DNA of 64,000 nucleotides from a virus, in IMG/VR virus record IMGVR_UViG_3300035180_002250, positions 32,001 to 96,000 of that record; one strand, written 5' to 3'. Below the pieces are notes generated by a model that was given only the letters and a program-made list of their open reading frames with translations, had not been told where the DNA came from and ran no database searches. Below, piece after piece: positions 58,693 to 64,000 of this stretch. The position numbers were made by a program, and so were the translations under genes. Each line of letters starts with the position of its first letter. Position 1 is the first letter of the stretch.

Positions 58693-60006
58693 ATGCAAAA
58701 TCAAACTAGTGTATATAAAGTTAAAGAAGTTGATGTAGCTGAAGAAGAACTTATAAACGCAAACAACTCTATTCCTGTGATCGCAAACAACTTCCAGGAT
58801 TTGCACACTCTATTAGGAGTGAAAACAAACCTTATCTCTTATTACTATAATAAAAGAGACAAACACCAAACTTTGGTAAAAGTTGGAAAACGTGAGACCT
58901 ATAATTCAGCATACGGATTAAAACTGATCCAGAAGAAAATGATATATAAGATTTTTGAACCGATGTTAAATATAACGCCAAACGATCATATGCTTGCGTA
59001 TATAAAAGGAAGAAATTTCTATACCAAGCTAAAAGAAGACTGCACAAAACATGACTACATTGTAAAATTTGATCTCAAAAAGTATTACGATTCAATAACA
59101 AAAAAGCATATCGTAGATACTATTGAAAGTTTCGGTGTGCCCCATAAAGCGGCAAAGTTAATCTCCCATTACTGCGTAGTGAAAAGGGTAATAACAAAGA
59201 AGGATGGAACCACCAAAACGGTGGAAACTTTACAACAAGGCAGCCCTTGCAGCCCTATTATTGCAAACTTAGTAGGGTATAAATATATTGATGCACCTCT
59301 AATGCAGTATATTAAGGAGAACCTACCAGGGTACAGATACGAGTATATACGATTTTCTGATAACGTACTTCTCTGTTTAACAGCGCCAAACGACGGAAAC
59401 GTAGTAGATACTGAGAAAGATGAGAAAACACGGCAGGCCATCACCAAGTACCTAAACGCTGCCCATACCATTCTTGGTAACGGGTATTTCCGATATCATG
59501 ATGTAGACGTGACAAGTAAGAAACATCCAAAGAAACACCAAAAATTTCTAGGTGTGATCCTAAATGAAGTGGCCCGTATAGATTTGAAAATTTTCAGAAG
59601 ACTACGAGCAACCCTGTTCAACTGCCTGAAGGGAGACATACTGTCTGAGGCAAAAAAATATTTCAGAGAAGAAACGGACTTCCACTTCGAAGACACAAAC
59701 CAATGCTTTCTGGTTACAGATGAGGATATTATCAAAAAATTCTTCCAGGTGATGACCGGAAAGATTGCGTACATTAAGCAGGTAAGTTCCAAGCAGTATA
59801 CGGAACTGTATAACATGTTGGCTTTAGTAAAACTGATACATAAAGAATATTCAAGAATATTTGAAACCTCCAGACATAGGGAAAATGATGGCAGATTAAA
59901 AGAATATTTGTTCGATATAGTAAAGAATTACAAAAATTATGAAGAAGTTGTTACACAGCTAACTCTGTTAGAATCTCCTGCAGTCTATGCTGAAGAGACA
60001 ACTTAA
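58693..60006 (+). CDS. Retron-family reverse transcriptase with non-canonical FSDN motif
   Basis: LKLIQKK, AYIKGRN, KFDLKKYYDSI, LQQGSPCSPIIANL, YIRFSDNV, KFLGVIL, thumb RRLRATLFN...GKIAYIKQV. Confidence 0.88.
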   Translation: MQNQTSVYKVKEVDVAEEELINANNSIPVIANNFQDLHTLLGVKTNLISYYYNKRDKHQTLVKVGKRETYNSAYGLKLIQKKMIYKIFEPMLNITPNDHMLAYIKGRNFYTKLKEDCTKHDYIVKFDLKKYYDSITKKHIVDTIESFGVPHKAAKLISHYCVVKRVITKKDGTTKTVETLQQGSPCSPIIANLVGYKYIDAPLMQYIKENLPGYRYEYIRFSDNVLLCLTAPNDGNVVDTEKDEKTRQAITKYLNAAHTILGNGYFRYHDVDVTSKKHPKKHQKFLGVILNEVARIDLKIFRRLRATLFNCLKGDILSEAKKYFREETDFHFEDTNQCFLVTDEDIIKKFFQVMTGKIAYIKQVSSKQYTELYNMLALVKLIHKEYSRIFETSRHRENDGRLKEYLFDIVKNYKNYEEVVTQLTLLESPAVYAEETT

Positions 60007-60054
60007 TCATACAAGATTTAGAAAAATGAAAAATATTAATTAAAACAACTGGGA

Positions 60055-60099
60055 TTTGTGTGCATTATATTATAAAAAAATTAACATAATGCACACAAA
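60055..60099. terminator. Hairpin after the RT
   Basis: TTTGTGTGCATTAT...ATAATGCACACAAA 14-bp inverted repeat. Confidence 0.55.
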
Positions 60100-60107
60100 G
60101 GCCCCTT

Positions 60108-60458
60108 ATGCCAAAAAATATATCCCCAACTTTAACAGACCTCGATAGCATATCGACAGATATTAGTAACCAATTAGTTCCAAAAGAACCATGTCATAAG
60201 TGTGGTAAAACTAGGTGGGTAATAGATGATGATCCGTACACCTGGGTTTGCCTGAATTGCAATAACTTAATAATGTTAAACTATGGCAAACTTATTCAAC
60301 AAATAGATATAATATATAGCAATCCAGTAAGACGTAACGACTATGTAAAATCTATAAAATCAGGGACTATAAAACTTAAAAAGAAAGATGATATAAAACA
60401 AATTAAATTTGATAAATACCTAAAAGATATCAGAGAAGGTAAAAACAATGCCAGATAA
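60108..60458 (+). CDS. Zinc-ribbon protein
   Basis: CHKCG...WVCLNC. Confidence 0.65.
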   Translation: MPKNISPTLTDLDSISTDISNQLVPKEPCHKCGKTRWVIDDDPYTWVCLNCNNLIMLNYGKLIQQIDIIYSNPVRRNDYVKSIKSGTIKLKKKDDIKQIKFDKYLKDIREGKNNAR

Positions 60459-61158
60459 CTATATTTTTTTAGGTATAGACCCTTCAATAAAAAACACTGG
60501 ATTATGCATTTTAAAAATAATTAATAATTCTATTATTATATCTTTATATGATATTTCCAACTATACTAAAATACCAAAAGATAAAATAAAAAGGTACACA
60601 GTAATATCAAATAGCGTGAAAAATATCTTAGCTACTGAAATAGGCAGTTTGGATAATTTTAATTTATTTATAGGGTATGAAGATTATTCTTACCATAGTA
60701 CTAATAAATCATTTTCACTTGGTGAACTTGGTGGGTGCCTTAAAACTACTATAATATCTTATCAAGAAACAAATGCTAACCATATACTACAAAGTGAATT
60801 ACTGTTAGTACCTCCAACAAAATTAAAACAATTTGCTACAGGTACTGGAACTGCAACAAAATCAATGATGATTAACGCTTTTCTTAATACAGTTAATTTA
60901 AATTTACTTAACCATACAAATAAAAATAGCATTGCTATTTTATACAACAGCAATGCTATTACTGAAAGTACAAACTTTACCAATAATACTATTGGTGTCA
61001 CCGATGACTGTGCCGATGCCTATTTTTTAGCTGAATTTTCTTATATAAACTATGTATCTAACAATTCCTCATCCCCAGATTCCAGTACTCGGTATACTGT
61101 GGCTCATCTTAGAAATAAAGTTAACGTCGTTGTCCCAACTGATCCCCTATTCCTCTAA
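60448..61158 (+). CDS. RuvC-like Holliday junction resolvase
   Basis: LGIDPS, YED, LGELGG, VPPTKLKQFATGTG.ATK, DDCADA. Confidence 0.85.
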   Translation: MPDNYIFLGIDPSIKNTGLCILKIINNSIIISLYDISNYTKIPKDKIKRYTVISNSVKNILATEIGSLDNFNLFIGYEDYSYHSTNKSFSLGELGGCLKTTIISYQETNANHILQSELLLVPPTKLKQFATGTGTATKSMMINAFLNTVNLNLLNHTNKNSIAILYNSNAITESTNFTNNTIGVTDDCADAYFLAEFSYINYVSNNSSSPDSSTRYTVAHLRNKVNVVVPTDPLFL

Positions 61159-61354
61159 TAAATCTCCTTTAAGGATCGTATATGGTCCAGCATCATGTAC
61201 ACCACTGTTCTTTAGCTCATGTTGTACCAATTTCTCATCCATTTCTGTAATCTTATTTTCCACTAATGATACTATTGAACGTAAATTATCATACATTCCC
61301 TTGGTACTACCATAAACTAATAATGATTGTGGTGTATCAACTACCTGTTTCTGA

Positions 61355-61579
61355 TTAACTACTACTGTAGTAAGGGGGTAATACAGTATTAGTAGAACTG
61401 TTGTCTAATTCGGGTATTCCCAAGTTTAAATTAGTATCTGCCCCACCATTTATTACTGCCATGGCAACATTATATACAATAGTACCATAATACGAAGATA
61501 TTTTTCCTTCGGTACATATGCTATTATAGTTTTCCAATAATAAGTTGTTTAATAGCAAACAAGGATTTATAGTACTCAT
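61355..61579 (-). CDS. Hypothetical protein
   Basis: 74-aa ORF downstream of the fibre gene. Confidence 0.4.
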   Translation of the reverse strand: MSTINPCLLLNNLLLENYNSICTEGKISSYYGTIVYNVAMAVINGGADTNLNLGIPELDNSSTNTVLPPYYSSS

Positions 61580-61614
61580 AAATTTATCTACGCTCTCAAT
61601 ATTATTTATTATAT

Positions 61615-62286
61615 TTATGCTGCTACTTTAAACCAAATATCCCCATCAACTCCTCCGGATGGAGCAGACGTAGAAATCGTAAACCCTGAATGGTATGTAG
61701 AACTTAACACCTTATGCTGAGTAGGTGGAACTGATACGTTCGCAGTACCATCAAAATTAACACCATTTATTTGCCTTGCTGTTGTCAACTTGGATGCAGA
61801 GTATACATACTTATCAGCATCCCTTGTGTTATCAACATTTCCAAGACCAACCATTAACGCTGTAATACCACTTACATTACCTGTGAATGTGGGGCTATTT
61901 ACAGGAGCCTTGGTATTATCATAAATAGTAATATTGGCAGTACCATCAAAATTAACACCATTTATTTGCCTTGCAGTTGTAAGCTTAGTAGCAGATAATA
62001 CCTCTTTATTTACGTCTGCTGTGTTATCTACATTACCTAGCCCAACCATCGATGCTGTAATACCACTCACTGTACCTGTAAATGTAGGACTATTAATGGG
62101 TGCCTTTGTAGTCAATGACGATTGCACAGATTCAACTTGCGTCTTTAACCAAGTTGTTCTATTGGCTAACTGTCGCGGTTGAATATTTGCTACACCATCT
62201 GTACCCCCAGATACTCTGTCAGTAACCTCGATTAAATATACACCAGACTCCCACGTTGCCGATTCTGTTATAAAAGACATATACAC
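61615..62286 (-). CDS. Short tail fibre-like protein with an internal duplication
   Basis: GGTDGVAN.Q..QLANRT..LK; two KAP.NSPTFTG...LGNVDNT...ARQINGVNFDGTAN repeats; APSGGVDGDIW. Confidence 0.8.
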   Translation of the reverse strand: MYMSFITESATWESGVYLIEVTDRVSGGTDGVANIQPRQLANRTTWLKTQVESVQSSLTTKAPINSPTFTGTVSGITASMVGLGNVDNTADVNKEVLSATKLTTARQINGVNFDGTANITIYDNTKAPVNSPTFTGNVSGITALMVGLGNVDNTRDADKYVYSASKLTTARQINGVNFDGTANVSVPPTQHKVLSSTYHSGFTISTSAPSGGVDGDIWFKVAA

Positions 62287-62345
62287 CTCACTATTAAAAT
62301 AATTGTATAAAATATATTACCATATAGACAAATCTCATACTAGAG

Positions 62346-62864
62346 TTATGCTGTATAAAATTTTATTGACCAAGCTCCAGAAAATGCCATATCGCTATTT
62401 TTTGTAATTGGACCATATACCCTCCTACTAAACAGACCATTACTTGTAGTAACTAACCCATATTCAGTTACAACAACTCCATTAATTTGCTCATATCCTA
62501 AATACCAATTAAATTTAACTGTAGATAAATCTGGGTATTCCACTGAAGTAAAGGGTAAATACGTAGGTGATGTAAGTGACATATCAGAAATATCAGCAGG
62601 GTCAGCACCCGTGCCCAATCCAATTTTTGTTATAGGTAACCCAGTACCACCTATTAAAGTTGCTAATATAGTTTTTGAATTAGCTACAATTAAATTGTGA
62701 TCAGTATATTCAGTTATCAACTTATTCTGCCTATCTAATATTCTTAAATAGAACATACCATCACATAGTGGTACTAAGTGTTTTTCATAGCATGTAATAC
62801 CACTTGTTGATTTCTGCTTTATACTCGTACAGTTATTCATAATGTACCCCTTAATGTTTAACAT
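62346..62864 (-). CDS. Baseplate/tail-fibre-attachment protein
   Basis: HNLIV...ITKIGLGTG...TEYGL...LFSRR...ITK pattern. Confidence 0.6.
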   Translation of the reverse strand: MLNIKGYIMNNCTSIKQKSTSGITCYEKHLVPLCDGMFYLRILDRQNKLITEYTDHNLIVANSKTILATLIGGTGLPITKIGLGTGADPADISDMSLTSPTYLPFTSVEYPDLSTVKFNWYLGYEQINGVVVTEYGLVTTSNGLFSRRVYGPITKNSDMAFSGAWSIKFYTA

Positions 62865-62897
62865 TAAACAGTAAAATACAACTAAAATAAAAACTGC

Positions 62898-63998
62898 TCA
62901 AGACCCTAAATAAATTACATCCAATATAAAATCTGTGTCTATTATAATTTCATTCAAAGAAGAATAAGCCATAGCACTATTATATAAATAACCACCAGTA
63001 TAATAATTATTTTCTGGTGATAATATTTCTTCTGCAACATCTACTGTACCACTACTAATATATTCTATTTCTTCATGAGATGCTAAAGTATAAATATAAT
63101 AATAATGCCCATTATAAAATCCGGAACCATTATACATAATGTAGGTTTCTGGGTCTACACCACTGTATGATACTGCATCTTCCGATACGCTTAACCCCCC
63201 AACCACTGGAGCAACTTCGTGACATGCCAATGGACCAGGGATATCATAGTTGATACTGTTATCATAAGAGTACACGCCATCATAAAAATAAGTACCAGGA
63301 TTTTGAGCTACTTCAGACATTAGCATGTCTGCACTAAACTTATTTAGATAGTCCTCACCTACTGATTTACTTTCATAAATTATAGGATTGAATAGTATAT
63401 CAAGTACATAATTAACATAGCAAGGAAATCCACTTTTAAGTGAATTTAATAATTCACGTATATTTGTTGTATAGTATTGATAGCTATATAAAGTTAAAAT
63501 AACCCTGATATAAAAAAGATTATATTTTAAAATATTATGAATTACCTGGTATAACCACTGCTCTTCTGGGTAATTACTATATTTATTAGCTCTATACCAA
63601 TTATTTATATAAGTTAAACTATTCTCTTGTGGAACTAATGCTCGCTCACTATCATTATCAAAATCATACTCATATATTTCGTGATCAAACTCCGTAAATA
63701 ACCATGTAGGAAAGCGTACACCACTTAACCAATTAGTGGATATAAGGTTATTAAAATATTTATATGGGCCGTAAGTATATTCACTATCATATAATAGTGT
63801 CCCATCGAACACTTTAATAGGCATACTTAGACTATCACTATTATCAGGATACACCTGTGTATATTTATATCCACCTGAATATAAAGTACTCCCATCATAG
63901 TATACAGAATCATCATCTATAACACGATTACACCAACTATCAATCAGTTGATATGGTACTTTCTGTGACGAGTACCAATTAGGTGTAGTAACATAATC
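62898..63998 (-). CDS. Putative baseplate protein, 5' end outside the window
   Basis: Tyr-rich YDG/YNG repeats; frame stays open to the window end. Confidence 0.55.
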   Translation of the reverse strand, partial: DYVTTPNWYSSQKVPYQLIDSWCNRVIDDDSVYYDGSTLYSGGYKYTQVYPDNSDSLSMPIKVFDGTLLYDSEYTYGPYKYFNNLISTNWLSGVRFPTWLFTEFDHEIYEYDFDNDSERALVPQENSLTYINNWYRANKYSNYPEEQWLYQVIHNILKYNLFYIRVILTLYSYQYYTTNIRELLNSLKSGFPCYVNYVLDILFNPIIYESKSVGEDYLNKFSADMLMSEVAQNPGTYFYDGVYSYDNSINYDIPGPLACHEVAPVVGGLSVSEDAVSYSGVDPETYIMYNGSGFYNGHYYYIYTLASHEEIEYISSGTVDVAEEILSPENNYYTGGYLYNSAMAYSSLNEIIIDTDFILDVIYLGS

Positions 63999-64000
63999 AT

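Noticed and set aside
58693-60006. Group II intron RT/maturase
   Set aside because: No interrupted host gene, no domain V-like RNA or intron ends nearby, and flanking intergenic regions are too short

Overview
The window looks like part of a large (jumbo-type) tailed phage genome using the standard genetic code. Positions 1-13.6 kb hold thyA, gyrB and an accessory region of small genes. That region opens with an AcrIII-1/DUF1874-like ring nuclease candidate and contains several paralogue families and IS200/IS605 (TnpB) pieces. Positions 13.6-35 kb are on the minus strand: lysis genes, a tail fibre with three 966-bp repeats, a fused RNA polymerase beta/beta' subunit with an atypical intein, an intein-derived neighbouring gene, an SNF2 helicase and a portal. 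Positions 35-53 kb are a replication module (two tRNAs, helicase, SLT, two PD-(D/E)XK nucleases, sigma factor, second TnpB, SSB-like protein, HU, DHH, primase-helicase, UDG-PolA). The rest carries terminase, RuvC-like and tail/baseplate genes. The standout is a candidate reverse transcriptase system. A retron-family RT with a non-canonical FSDN active-site motif (58693-60006) sits behind an unknown partner gene. About 4.5 kb upstream is an array of four structured ncRNA-like units (52973-54169). Each unit is closed by its own inverted repeat, shares an AGTA + 7-bp hairpin with a Y-AAA-G top, and carries different cargo hairpins. An Hfq/Sm-like gene sits inside the array, and both loci follow the same TGTTATAAG promoter-like motif. 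All calls come from reading motifs by eye; no searches or folding programs were run.
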